From Antedon mediterranea (Eukaryota; Animalia; Echinodermata): a stretch of DNA of 64,000 nucleotides. Below, one piece after another: positions 51,088 to 62,736 of this stretch (within the stretch, counting starts at the first letter, position 1; each line of letters begins with the position of its first letter). The position numbers were made by a program, and so were the translations under genes. Location of the stretch: positions 33,477,648 through 33,541,647 of the forward strand of contig NC_092673.1 of the NCBI RefSeq assembly GCF_964355755.1. Direction: 5' to 3'. Below the pieces are notes generated by a model, which had not been told where the DNA came from, ran no database searches, and saw only the letters and a program-made list of their open reading frames with translations.

Positions 51088-51740
51088 AAGGGGTTTTTTT
51101 CATAATGGTATTTATATATATAACATGGCAGTCCGAAGGCTACATTGCGAAATATATTAGAATTATTTTAGTTTTAAAACTCTTGTTTAAATTACTGGAC
51201 CATAAAAATAAACTCTGGACAGAAGAGACACACAAAGGCACAAAAGGACAACAACATCTAGGTAGAGTTAATTTGGTATTCAGCCTAGTTTTATCAGAAT
51301 TAGTCCTTGAGGGAGAGAGAAGAGAATTTAATTTAGATTGTTGGGAAAGAAGGGTTTTATTTTGTTGGTAAAACCTGGTCGTATAATTACAAGTCAACAT
51401 AAGAAAACATTTAAAGGGTATTTGGGGTCTACTAACTGTAAACGTCATTTTAGACACTGACAATACCCATTGCTTTCATTTTAATAGAAATTAAAATGTC
51501 ATCAATATTATTTGGCCTTTTCAGATTGAAGCTGCTTGCCGATCTAAGTCGGTTTTATGGGCACAATTTTGTGAAAAGAACCAATTTCACCGGTTAACTA
51601 AGCCTAAACGCATGCATCGTTTGTCTTTTAAACTCATTATTGAAAAAACCTTATCTTAATAAAATACAATGAATAATTGAGAATACTAGTGGTTATTAAT
51701 GTTTTTCTTAATTCAAAAAAATTTACCCATATTTGTGTAA

Positions 51741-51920
51741 AGCGTGGTACCCACTAGAACGCGACGTATCGACGCAAAGTGCTTTATTGCGTAATCACAA
51801 GTGGGAACCGACGACGCAACAATGCCACAAACATAGCAGGTTTGCTTTCATGCAGGCGGGGGAAAACACAATGATTAGAAGGGCATTTTCTTACGTTGCG
51901 TCTCTAGTGGAAACCAAGCA
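51741..51920. mobile_element. MITE family A, longer variant
   Basis: AGCGTGGTACCCACTAG...CTAGTGGAAACCAAGCA with a perfect TAA duplication. Confidence 0.8.
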
Positions 51921-52392
51921 TAATTGTTGTTTATGTTGACATCAAGAGTGTGCAGTAGGCTGCGCCACGTATATGTGGTTCTGAAAGGAGGATTGATGGG
52001 TTTCTCAACGTTTTCATCAATGGATTAAGGGCATCAAAATACTTTAATCATCCTCAGGAGTGAAATATACAATAGTGGTGTACCGAAAAAACTTATAAGA
52101 TCAACTTATTGATTTCGCCATACACAGCTTAAACAATATATTGTTCTTTAAAAAATCTCTGACACAGCATCTGAACCATGGTGTCATGATCCAACGCACT
52201 TTTACGAAGGTCAAACATCGCATTTGAAACATCGAAACATTCTATTGTCAAGCCCCCTTACGTCACCAATTACAAAGAAAGAAATAAAAATACCTGTCGA
52301 ACACATATTGTGTGATTTGCTTACTGAACCGTTCAATTGACAATCAAAGTCAAATTTTAGTTGAAAATAAATCAGTTGATTTTGTCTTCGGA

Positions 52393-53709
52393 ATGATCGC
52401 GATCATGGCTGTGCTTAGGAGAATCGTCGCAGATCTTGTCATTTTAAACGTTGTTTTACTTAGTTTATCGTCGTGCTGTGTCGGTCGTGTAATCAACACT
52501 AGAGATGTTGGTGAAGAGCTACTACAGGTGAGTTTTAATGTATTTTAAGAAAGTTTAGTGGTTGTACTCTTGCTGAGTAACAACTCACGTAGTCAGAATA
52601 GTTATGCAAATTAGTCACTCACTTTTGTAAAGTATTCTTTGTTCCATGATTGTTAAGCTTACACTATCCGATCATTGTGCGCTTTCAGTCTGCAACACGA
52701 CCTGTTGTGATGGCGTGATATTGCCATGAAAAAATAAGCTAGACAATCTACAATAGTTTATCGTTTTGCCATTCTGAAAAAAAATAACCTAAAGCATTTC
52801 TCAATGGTATTACATCATACATACAGTACCAAATGTATACCTTTTAAATAATATTAATAATTTAGTATATCATCTTAACTGTATGCGCTTTGCCAGAATA
52901 TTTTCAGTAGGAATTTATTTTTAGACTAAAGATAATATGAATATAGATATTCTGTACATTTATTCTGATGGTCTACGTATTTGATAAATAATACTATTTA
53001 TACTTTTTCTTCTATTTTGTTAATCATGTATTTTTTAGCACATATTAACAAATTCATTTTTCTTGGTTTTCTTCTAAATTAATAACTACCGTATTTCTGA
53101 ATGCGGCAGATCACTATTTTATAACGATTTAATTTTTAATTGAATAAATAAGATGAAATATAATCTTTATAGAAACGTGAACTTGACATGGTGGTAAAAG
53201 AGCTCTATGCCGAACTGATGGAAGAAAGCAACGACATACAGACCACTGCAGTGTCCATTCCAACAACCACTTCCAAACAGCAACAGCAGCAACCTGATGC
53301 AGACCTGTATATCCAGCACATTGTCTACTGCTACAAATCTTATCAATTTGTTACTGAACAAGGTCTAAGTGAACGTGACGACATCTACAACATTGTAAAC
53401 GTTCAATGTATGGCAGACCCGGAAGTGGCACGTCTTGTCAAACTCCTAACCGTGTATTACTTATATGACAACACGTTTTTCTTCGATGAAAACAGTGGCG
53501 GTGAATACGGAGAATCAAACATAATCGAAGAAGATATATCGACTACAGCTGAACCACCAACGACTACCAACAAAGTTGCCGTTACGACCCAATCGCCTTT
53601 AGATGAGGACGAAAACGACGACGAGGAAGCCGTGAGTGAATTACTCCTTGAGAGAATAATGATGATAATGAAGAAACAACGACCAGGCGAGGACCTTGGT
53701 CGGGGGTAA
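52393..53709 (+). CDS. Unknown secreted protein, tandem paralogue E (223 aa)
   Basis: Exon 1 52393-52527 (donor CAG|GTGAGT); exon 2 53173-53709 with conserved core, acidic/Thr stalk and VSELLLERIM tail. Confidence 0.85.
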
Positions 53710-53769
53710 ACTGAAGATGATTAGGCCTACCGGATTTTAGATGTTTTCATTGATTGAATTGAAATATAT

Positions 53770-54064
53770 ATTTATACTGGGTAACCTCTTCAGTCAAAGA
53801 CTTTTTCTCCAAGTGGGCCCAGTTGGTGATCAGTGGCTGTGATGTACTAATACACCGGGGTAACCCCCTACTCGTCTCGAAAGATGTACTAGGTTCTTTA
53901 AAGTGTACACGAGCTAGATGTGTACACTGGACCTACGGTTTATAGTCCTTATCCGAGAAGACTGGTTCTACCACCAGAACCATGGAGTAAGTGAGCCTCG
54001 AACCCTTTTTGCCGATGTTATGGCTCCGTAATTACGGTTCCACTGTCTTAACCGCTCGGCCACT
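53770..54064 (-). mobile_element. Full-length tRNA-derived SINE with Deu/Nin-like domain
   Basis: Minus strand: A box TGGCCGAGCGGTTAAG, B box GGTTCGAGGC, central GGACTATAAACCGTAGGTCC...TAAAGAACC...GAGTAGGGGGTTACCCCGGTGT, 3' stem-loop CTGGG...CCCAG and AT-rich tail. Confidence 0.8.
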
Positions 54065-54996
54065 CACTCACATTATCATTATGAGGGTATTTGGGGGCTT
54101 CTAACTAATTTTGAATTATTACTGTCGACATTATAAGTGTTCCTTGTTAAAAAATCTAATAACAATTTACTTTACTTGAGAATACCATTAATATGATATT
54201 GTTAAAGGGGTTTCTTTATAAATAAATATTCAATCAATATTTGTGTTCCATAATGTGTGTTTACTTTTGTTGGCGAAACCAAGTCAATATTTCCTTGTTG
54301 AGCACGAGTTTTAGCATATCGCTCGTGTGTGGAAGCTGTGACAGGGAATCGGCGATGACGGTGACGTAACGCCTCGTCGTGTAGTGCGTGTGGAACATCA
54401 GAATATTTATCAATACAACACACAGCGGGACATTCAACGAATTGTATTCAAAATACGTACGTATGCGCGATATAATTTTGAAACACTTTGTATTGAGTAA
54501 AATATAGTTTCAGTTTATTGTTTGTTTGGCAAAAATAAGCATTCAACGATAGATTAAATCAATGGTGGATTAGGTGAAATTTTCAGTAAACGAGAGTCTT
54601 AGAGCAGGGAGTTGTATAACAATAACATAATTTGTTTTACAACTCCCTAATTAGAGCGAGTCTGTACCTGTTTAACCATGGTTTAACATGCAAATGTATA
54701 TAAAAGTTATTCTATAGCAGTCTGTGACATTATGACAATACTATATAGGCCTACTGCCTCATTTCGATACTGCGATACCAGGCATACTTACAATATAGGC
54801 TTTTAAAATCACATAATTTTACATAATAATATATAGATATACAGTAGCAGTCAATGATGCATAGCAATATAATATACTGCAATACCAAATACAATACAAT
54901 TGGCTTTTAAAATCGTCTAATTTCATATAATAGTTGTGATATAAAAGTCAGTGACGTATGGCCATATAATACGCCTCCTTTCGACTGCTAATACCA

Positions 54997-55124
54997 AAAA
55001 AGGAATATTTTAACATAATCTAAAATGTAAGGTTAAAGCTTCACCCACATCAAACACCACCTGACTTAGGTTATTGATTCTTTGTTACCTTTTTAGTTTC
55101 AGCTACATGATTTCTGGTCCTTGT
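54997..55124 (-). pseudogene. Decayed partial duplicate of the NFKBIL1-like gene
   Basis: 54997-55038 matches 58031-58074; 55052-55124 matches 58669-58686 joined to 58804-58859 (end of coding exon 2 plus donor). Confidence 0.7.
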
Positions 55125-56564
55125 AGTTGTTTATTAGAGCAAGTCGTATCTGTTCAGAAACTACTATTCGAAAACCATAGACGCAACATTCTCAGTTTGT
55201 TGATAGTAGCACACTGAATATTTAATAGTTTTTACAGTGTGATTACACCAGGAATAGACACAGTAACAATACTCACTTTAAACCCCATTTATAATCTCTC
55301 AACAAATTTTTGCTGGAACTTATGAGGATGCAAAAAAATAAATTATGTTAAAAATTAATCAGTTAATTTGTTTTGGATCATGCTGGTACACTAGAAAGTT
55401 TTGGCTGTCATATAGTTACTTTAAACATTGGTAACTGAAATGCTGTTTAATTTAGGGAAAGATAGCAAACGTATCTAAAAGATACAAAAACATCAGATAT
55501 AGCTATCGACGATAAGTAGATCAACATACATTTTTCTTACAAAAAAAAACGAACAAAAATTCAAAAGGATTTATTTTTATTATAGGATAACCATTTATGC
55601 TGATCATAATAATAATTAATAAGAACAATACAATCGTATATTTACAATATTATGATTGCGCTTTTTAATGATGACGTCATCTGATTGGACCGCATAAATG
55701 GTTATCAAAGGTTCTAGGTTGGAAAATGTTTCGATTTCTTTTCTGTAGAAAAATGCGCATTATACTAGGCCTACTAATTATCATTGATCGTTATTTTCCT
55801 AGCAGGGAGTTTTTAGTTATCAACTCCCTGGACCACCCTTTACACATCCGCAGAATAAATGTATGCAGTGGCTATGTATTTTCAAAAGAAGAAAATGATA
55901 AAGTGTGACCAATCGGAAATTTCGAACTTCTGTACTGTCTACTGAAAAAAAAAATCGCGTGTGAGCGTTAATAATCAAATTAGCGAATATATTAACTCTT
56001 TTGTTAAGTTAATTATAGAAAGCCAGACAACATTATTGTAAAATATACTTGATGAATACCATCACGTGTTATTGTAATGTCTTAATTGGTTATTTCAAGT
56101 AAATTTCAAAGCAACATTTATTTACTCCTTTCATATACAAAATTGATTTCAATGAACCATATATTTAAACACAATTTAAAAAGAAGGTACAAGTCCAGAA
56201 AGATGAAAAACATATCCTGTGGAGGGCATACCTCCTAATTATAAGTGTATACTCAGTTTGTACTGCTGCTTTTGGTAATTTGATTTATTTTAAGTTTCTA
56301 TTAAAACATTTAACGGTTGAAAGGGTTGAACTGAAAAGATGCAAATAAATAAAATCAACTATTGTTGATGCAATATACGTTGTTTTGTTTATTGTAATTT
56401 TGTTTGTAGTCAATCTATATTTATTCATAGAGATATTATAGTGAATATCTCTATGATTTATTTAACCAGAACAAAATGAGGCTTCTTCCCTCATTTAACC
56501 GTTGCGGTTACATCTGCAAAAGTTGTGCGCGACACGAGCACTGCCGAACGCCTTTTTGGTGACA

Positions 56565-56662
56565 AACTATTCACCGACCGGACATTTCTCCGACCCGTCA
56601 TTTCGTCGACAGGACATTTCGCCGACAGGAAATTCCACCGACAAGACATTCCACCGACAGGA
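56565..56662. repeat. 15-bp degenerate tandem repeat, ~6 copies
   Basis: Unit GACATTTCGCCGACA(G); resembles subterminal repeats of DNA transposons. Confidence 0.75.
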
Positions 56663-56725
56663 TGTAATGTTTATATCAATTTATTGTATCCGTTTATTAT
56701 AGATCGTTATCGTCCAGGTTGTCGC

Positions 56726-56845
56726 AACCCTGTCTACACTATCAAACTGTATTATGTGGTAATTGACATTATGATGTCATATCACTACCATATTTGGGCA
56801 CATCACACTTTTTTGTCAAACTAGTTTGATAGTGTAGACAGAACT
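56726..56845. mobile_element. MITE family B
   Basis: CTGTCTACACTATCAAAC...GTTTGATAGTGTAGACAG. Confidence 0.75.
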
Positions 56846-57370
56846 GTAAAGTGTGTCAGGTTATGGTTTGCCTTGCTTTTACTTATATTTGGCAATAAGC
56901 ATTTAATGCTTTCATTAAATAAGTGCATTAGGTATTACTTTTAGGTAGAATATCTCTATTTTGCGCTATACAAATTTAAAAGCATTAACCATGATTAGAA
57001 CTAGTTGCGCATACTTACCACACAAACTCAATAGGCTTATTCACAATAAGTTTTTAAATCCTACGTCAATTATCAGTGCATTAGGTGAAATTTTGCCAAA
57101 ACATTATCAGTACGATTATTTTGTTAGAGCGAGTCACTTATTTATCACGCAAACTTAATAGACCTATTCACAATAAGTTTTAAAAACCTACGACTTTCGT
57201 AGTTTTATAGCCTCAATCAATGATGTATGTCAATGCATAATTATAGACCTATTTTATTGCAACATACAATATCAGACAGCATGTCAGGTGTCTACAAGGC
57301 CTTCAAGCTGCACCTTTATGATTAAAATACAATAGGCTTTTGAAATCTTTTATTAACAAAACTATAAAAG

Positions 57371-59740
57371 CTAGCTAGGTATGTCTTCTATCAATTTGTT
57401 CAGTCCTTGACTAAGTGCATTGACTTGTTTCAAAATCTGTTCACTATCTTTATGCAATCTTTCGCCAAATTTCTGCTGAAACTTATCTGGATGCCAGAAT
57501 CGAAGTTGAGTTAAAACAAATTTTTTTAAAGACTTGGTTTCGACTCCGCATTGCAACACTTCTAGCATTCCAGTTACATCTGACCTCTGACCCGGCCACG
57601 GAATATCCTCATATTGTAACACTTTTGAATCATCGTTATTATTGTTGAAAAAATGTTCCGATATTAATAAATACTCTTCTTTATTTCTTTTCAGCTTCAT
57701 CGCAGCTTTTTCTTTTTGTTTCTCTAAATATTTCTCATGATCTTTTTGGAGTTTGCGTAATAATTTATCATTGTTTGTGGATTTTTCTTTGGTTTTCTTT
57801 GATTTTTGCCGCGAGTGTTTCTGATGATCTTGTTTTGTGTGATATTCAGAAGACATTCTTTCAGCCCATTCGTCATACGTTTCGTTCTGGCAGTGATTTT
57901 GCCCATTAAAACCTGAAAAAATGGAAATAATTTTTATTGCAGTTTATTTTATACAGATACTGTACTTGTAATGTAACATTTTAATATAAAAAATTGAGAA
58001 AAGCACAATATATAATACATTTCATATATCAAACAAGGGAATGTTTTAACTTAATCTAAAATTGAAGGTTAAAGTGCATTTAAATAAATAAATTACAAAT
58101 TTTAAAGCATACTGAAAACTAAAGATTACCGTACAGTATTATACTGTACAACATTCATCAATCACCACCAAAAGTGTATTTCATGTAAAAATGTTGATGG
58201 CGCTCTTTCAATTTCCAACCTATTCAAAAGTTGGTACTGTATTTCAGATTTAATATTAATATTTTAGATGCATCAATACATACACAGTCTTGCACTACAT
58301 AACAAGGCCATATACATGGCTGCGGTCGTATGCGCAAATTTGAGTTAGTGTTTACCGATCAACCGACCAACATATTGAGCTGTAAAGTCGCGTAACATTG
58401 TCTTTAATGAGCATGTATTCAAGTAAAATATTGTTAATGACGTCACAGTTGTCAACATACTTGTCCAGTATCTGTCATCGTTCATTTGCATATGCTCATA
58501 TGCATATTCATCAGCCAGTTTGTCATTCCAATCCCGATTGAAATCTTGCTCCTCATTTTGCCATGATGCACCTTGCGAACTTGAAGCCTGAAATGGGAAA
58601 TGTATTTTTGTTTAAATACCCTCTCTTTTACAGCGAACCCCTTGATCTAAAACGAAAACACTCCCATTAAACACCACTTAGGCTTAGGATCTGTCTACAC
58701 CATCAAACAACATGTGATGAAAATGTGCTGTCATATCACTACCATGTTTGGGCACATCACACTTTTTTGTCACATAGAGTTTGATAATGTAGACAGGGCT
58801 TTAGGTTGTTGATTCTTTGTTACCTTTTTACTTTCAGCTACATGACTCCTTGCTCTTGTGAGTAGTAATGCGGGCGTTACACCTAAACCATTTCGTTGCT
58901 TTTGCATGATTTCATCGGAGGTGGCATTGAGAAGTAATGATTCCACTAAGTCATTCAGCACTATGTATAATTTTAAAAAACACTTTTAAAGAAGAATAAA
59001 ATCGGATAAACAAAAATATTTAAAACACAAATTTACATAAAAATACTGAAGTCAACAAGATCTGTTAGTTATTACTACAGTAGACCACCTTAAGGGGACA
59101 CTTTCAGGACAAGTGTCCCCTTAATGGGGTTGGTCATATTAATAATATATTGCCCCTTGTTCATTTTTAGTGTTCCCTTAATAGGGGTTTCCCCTGAATA
59201 TCGGGTATCTCAAAGGAGTGTACTCAATTTAACATTTTTTTTTATCAGCAGAAAAAGAAATATAGTACCACTCAATATATGCTGACAAATTCACTACTTT
59301 TTTTTTTCAAACTGAATCAATCAATCTTTGATCATATTGGAGCGAGCTTGGGAGGCGAGTGGGATGGAAACAAATGTAATAGTAATTATGATATATATAA
59401 AACATTATAAAGCATATTTCTTGTATTGTTACTTATAAATGTTATACTCAATAAAATAAAACGCACAATTATTATCGCCCTCTAGGACACGATTCAGAGC
59501 CAGATGAATCGGAGTGTTGTCATCTTTATCCAGACAATTTGCACTGCAACCTGCTCGCAACAATGCCCTAGCAACAGCATCTTCGCCATGGTAACATGCT
59601 AGATGTAGGAGAGTACGCCCACTGCCAGTTTTCACATCATTAATGCTCTTTCCTTCCTTTTTCCACTTTTTAAGACATCGCTTAACTTTGTGTAATGCTC
59701 CGTTCTTTACACACTGAATAAGTTTATCTCTATCTTTCAT
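57371..59740 (-). CDS. NFKBIL1: NF-kappa-B inhibitor-like protein 1 (IkBL), 359 aa
   Basis: Exons 59740-59467, 58960-58824, 58587-58461, 57912-57371 (274/137/127/542 = 1080 nt, GT-AG, phases 1,0,1). Ankyrin repeats (GRTLLHLAC, DNTPIHLAL), WNDKLADE, ETYDEWAERM and C-terminal DIPWP...QLRFWHPDKFQQKF...VNALSQGLN matching NFKBIL1 (DVPWP...RWHPDRFLQRF...VTALSQALN). Probable noncoding exon 1 ends at 62088. Confidence 0.88.
58687..58800. mobile_element. MITE family B with TTA target-site duplication
   Basis: TTA-GGATCTGTCTACAC...GTAGACAGGGCT-TTA; the empty site is preserved at 55066-55068. Confidence 0.85.
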
Positions 59741-59947
59741 TATTTAATATTTGTTCAATTCAATTGATTTTATCAATGATTTTGGTAGAAAAAAACATGT
59801 GCTTTTCTTCCAATTCAATACTCTTCTGTTGGTGGATGGATGATATAGCGAATCCTTTTTCTTCATATCTGTAGAAATCAAATATACATTTGAGTGAATT
59901 TAGTCTAGGATTGCAAGTATTTTTAAAGATTATTTTGTCCTTCCAAA

Positions 59948-60649
59948 GTGATCATTGAGAGTGTAACACAAGAAACCGATTTGGGGATTTTAATAGAATT
60001 GAATTTTTCGGGTCATACTACAAAAGTTGCTAGATCTGCAAATATGATGCTGGGAATGATATGTAGGTCCTTCAAATATCTTGATAGTTCTAGTTACATG
60101 TATCTGTATAAAGCTATGGTTAGACCCAAGATGGAATATGGAGGTAGCTCATGGATCCCACTATATCAAAAAGATAAAGACAGACTGGAGAAAGTTCAAC
60201 AGAGATCAACAAGGCTGGTGTCCGAATTAAGACACAAACCATACGAAGAGAGGTTGAAGGCTTTGGACCTACCTACTTTAGTATTTAGAAAGAAAAGGGC
60301 TGATGTATTACAAACATTTAAAATATTTAATAAGTATGAGAAAATAAATGATGAGAAGCTCTTTGCAAAATCTAATTATAAACAAACTAGAGGACACAGT
60401 TTCAAAGTCTCTAAACCCAAGATAAAATTAAACGTTAGAAAGAGTGCATATTCGGTAAGAGTGGTAGATGATTGGAACTCATTACCCAGTCATGTAGTAG
60501 AGGCACAATCGGTCAATGAGTTCAAATCGGGCATTGCTAAATATTGGTCTGACTACCACATCAAGTTTCGCCCGTACGTTAATGAAGATTTTGCAGTTGA
60601 CGATGGAGGGACAAATGAGCTAGTTCTCAATGTCCGAAGTTCAAGGTAA
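59948..60649 (+). mobile_element. 5'-truncated CR1-type LINE (ORF2 C-terminus, still open)
   Basis: ETDLGI, ANMMLGMICRSF, LYKAMVRPKMEY, YEERLKALDLPTL, TRGHSFK, WNSLP motifs; antisense in the 5'-UTR intron of NFKBIL1. Confidence 0.9.
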
Positions 60650-60906
60650 ATTCAATAAGCAAATTAATACAGTAGAACAAAGTACGTCTTTTTCTCATTC
60701 CCTCTTCCTACTTTACTATCATTATACCTCCCTGCTTCTACATTACAGCTCTACATTACTACTTTACTAGCCTGCACTCCAGGACTACTCTAGCTAGCTA
60801 TTTTAGTAGATTATATTCCAGGCCTATTATATATTTTAGGAAGGTAGGTATAGGCTACCTACTAACTACTACCTAGGCCCTAGCCCAGTAGTAGTAGGAA
60901 GGCTAA

Positions 60907-61085
60907 AGCGTGGTTCCCACTAGCGACGCAACGCAAGGACGTAACGCAACGCAAGTGAATTGACCAATCACAAGCGATGGCTTATTCGCTTGTGATTGCT
61001 AACTGTCTATAACTTCGCTTGTCATTGGTTAAAACGCTTGCGTTCCGTTTACGTTCTTGCGTTACGTTCTAGTGGGAACCACGCT
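60907..61085. mobile_element. MITE family A
   Basis: Both TIRs present; near-identical inverted copy of 11299-11476. Confidence 0.85.
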
Positions 61086-61091
61086 TTCTAA

Positions 61092-61905
61092 AGCTTGGTT
61101 CCCACTAGAACGTAACGCAAGGACGTAAACGCAACGTAAGCGTGTTGAACAATGACAAGCGAAGTTATAGACAGTTAAAGCCCCATTCCCTACGTTTTTT
61201 AGATCTAATTTAAGATCACAAACTATATTTAATGTAAAAATAATACTATATGGTCCTATTGCGATAACTTTTTTCGTCTTTAAACGGTTAAAAATGTGAA
61301 AAATAAATCGATTTTAATAATTATAGCGGCCCGCTATAAATCCCAAAATGCATTGCGCGCGGATTGATATTTTTGTTTTTCACCTGTAATTCGCCCACTT
61401 TTCGATCGATCGTGAAGCAAAAACAAATGGAAGACTCCTAACTTTTCAGCAAAAATACCGGGTGTTCCCCAATTTGTATCAACGGAGTCTGGCAAAAATA
61501 GAAAGACAATTAATGCAGCAACTATACAACGTCAGGCTAGGTATATAGCTAGCGTACGATGTTCGTACGTTACCGATGTTTACCAGCTAGGCCTACAAAA
61601 CTAAGCCTAGCTAGGCTAGGCCTGAGACCGTCCACGAGAGTTCGATCGCCGCGAGCTACTTAGGTAGTGCATTGTTTCTCACTTTTTATCATAATTTACC
61701 ATAAAACGTACATTTAAGACAAGGAATGACATGGTTTAATGTTTTTAAAGTGATATATATGTATTATTTTCCAAAAAACGTCCAAAATTGCAGGGAAGGG
61801 GTCTTTAAGTTAGCAATCAAAAGTGAATAAGCCATCGCTTGTGATTGGTCAACTCACTTGCGTTGCGTTACGTCCTTGCCTTGCGTCTCTAGTGGGAACT
61901 AGCGC
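61092..61905. mobile_element. MITE family A interrupted by a nested 626-bp TTAA-flanked element (61179-61804)
   Basis: The halves 61092-61177 and 61809-61905 rejoin to the 11299 consensus; insert bounded by TTAA-AGCCCCATTCCCTAC...GCAGGGAAGGGGTCT-TTAA. Confidence 0.85.
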
Positions 61906-62736
61906 CGCGGCCTAGTCGTCTAGGTACTCAGTTAGTAGGCCTATAGCCTACTACACTAGACTATAGACTGGTCTATAGCATAGACCTCCTAGCTAGCCTA
62001 GCTAGGGATTAGTGACTGTATATAACCTAGTGACATAGTCTAAATAAATAAAACTGTGGGTTTCATGTTTTGCTGTGGTCGACATACTCCACTAAATAAC
62101 CAATCTCGTCGCCGTCTATCGTAAATTGATTGATTTTTAATTGTCATCGTCAATTTTCGACGACCCGTCGTTTTTGTTTTGTTCGCACACGCGCCACCAA
62201 GTTTTCGTTTCAATCTGGGATAGAGGGCAGTATTTATTATTTTTTACAGAGAGGGAAAAAAGGACACATGTTATCAAAGATGTTTGTTATTTTTTAGCCT
62301 AAAATTTGGTTTTGGTTATTAGTTCAGGTTTTTTTAACCTTGCGATATTATTATAATAATCTACAGTAATTAAACAACTGCTGTAGGACTCAACAATTTA
62401 ACATAAACTGTTTTACCAGACAGGTCTACACACAGACACAGCACAGACAGTACTGTATTGTATTAAATTATTACTATTAGTTTACTAGCTAGGCCGCCTA
62501 GCCTTTTTGACTTATTATATAGAGGCTTAGGCTAGCTAGGCCTACTAACTAACTGGGTAGTAACAAAGTGCGAGGCAGCGAGGCACGCGAGGCAGGGAAG
62601 GCATGCGAGGCAAGTCAGAAATTTATGCGAGGCATCGTTTTACCATCATCAAAAAATGCGAGGCATCATTTTATCATTTCTCAAAATTGCAAGGCAGGAA
62701 ATCACCGAAATTGAAGTAGCCTAGGCCTAGGCCCCG

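Noticed and set aside
43516-53361. Minus-strand ORFs 43516, 43901, 45782, 50497, 50847 and 53167
   Set aside because: Antisense shadows of the plus-strand secreted paralogue exons.
53990-54064. tRNA gene (also tRNA-like heads at ~25415-25495 and ~41277-41340)
   Set aside because: A and B boxes are present but there is no complete cloverleaf; these are SINE heads or relics.
62570-62700. Cluster of GCGAGGCA motifs upstream of NFKBIL1
   Set aside because: Cannot be distinguished from subterminal repeats of a decayed transposon.
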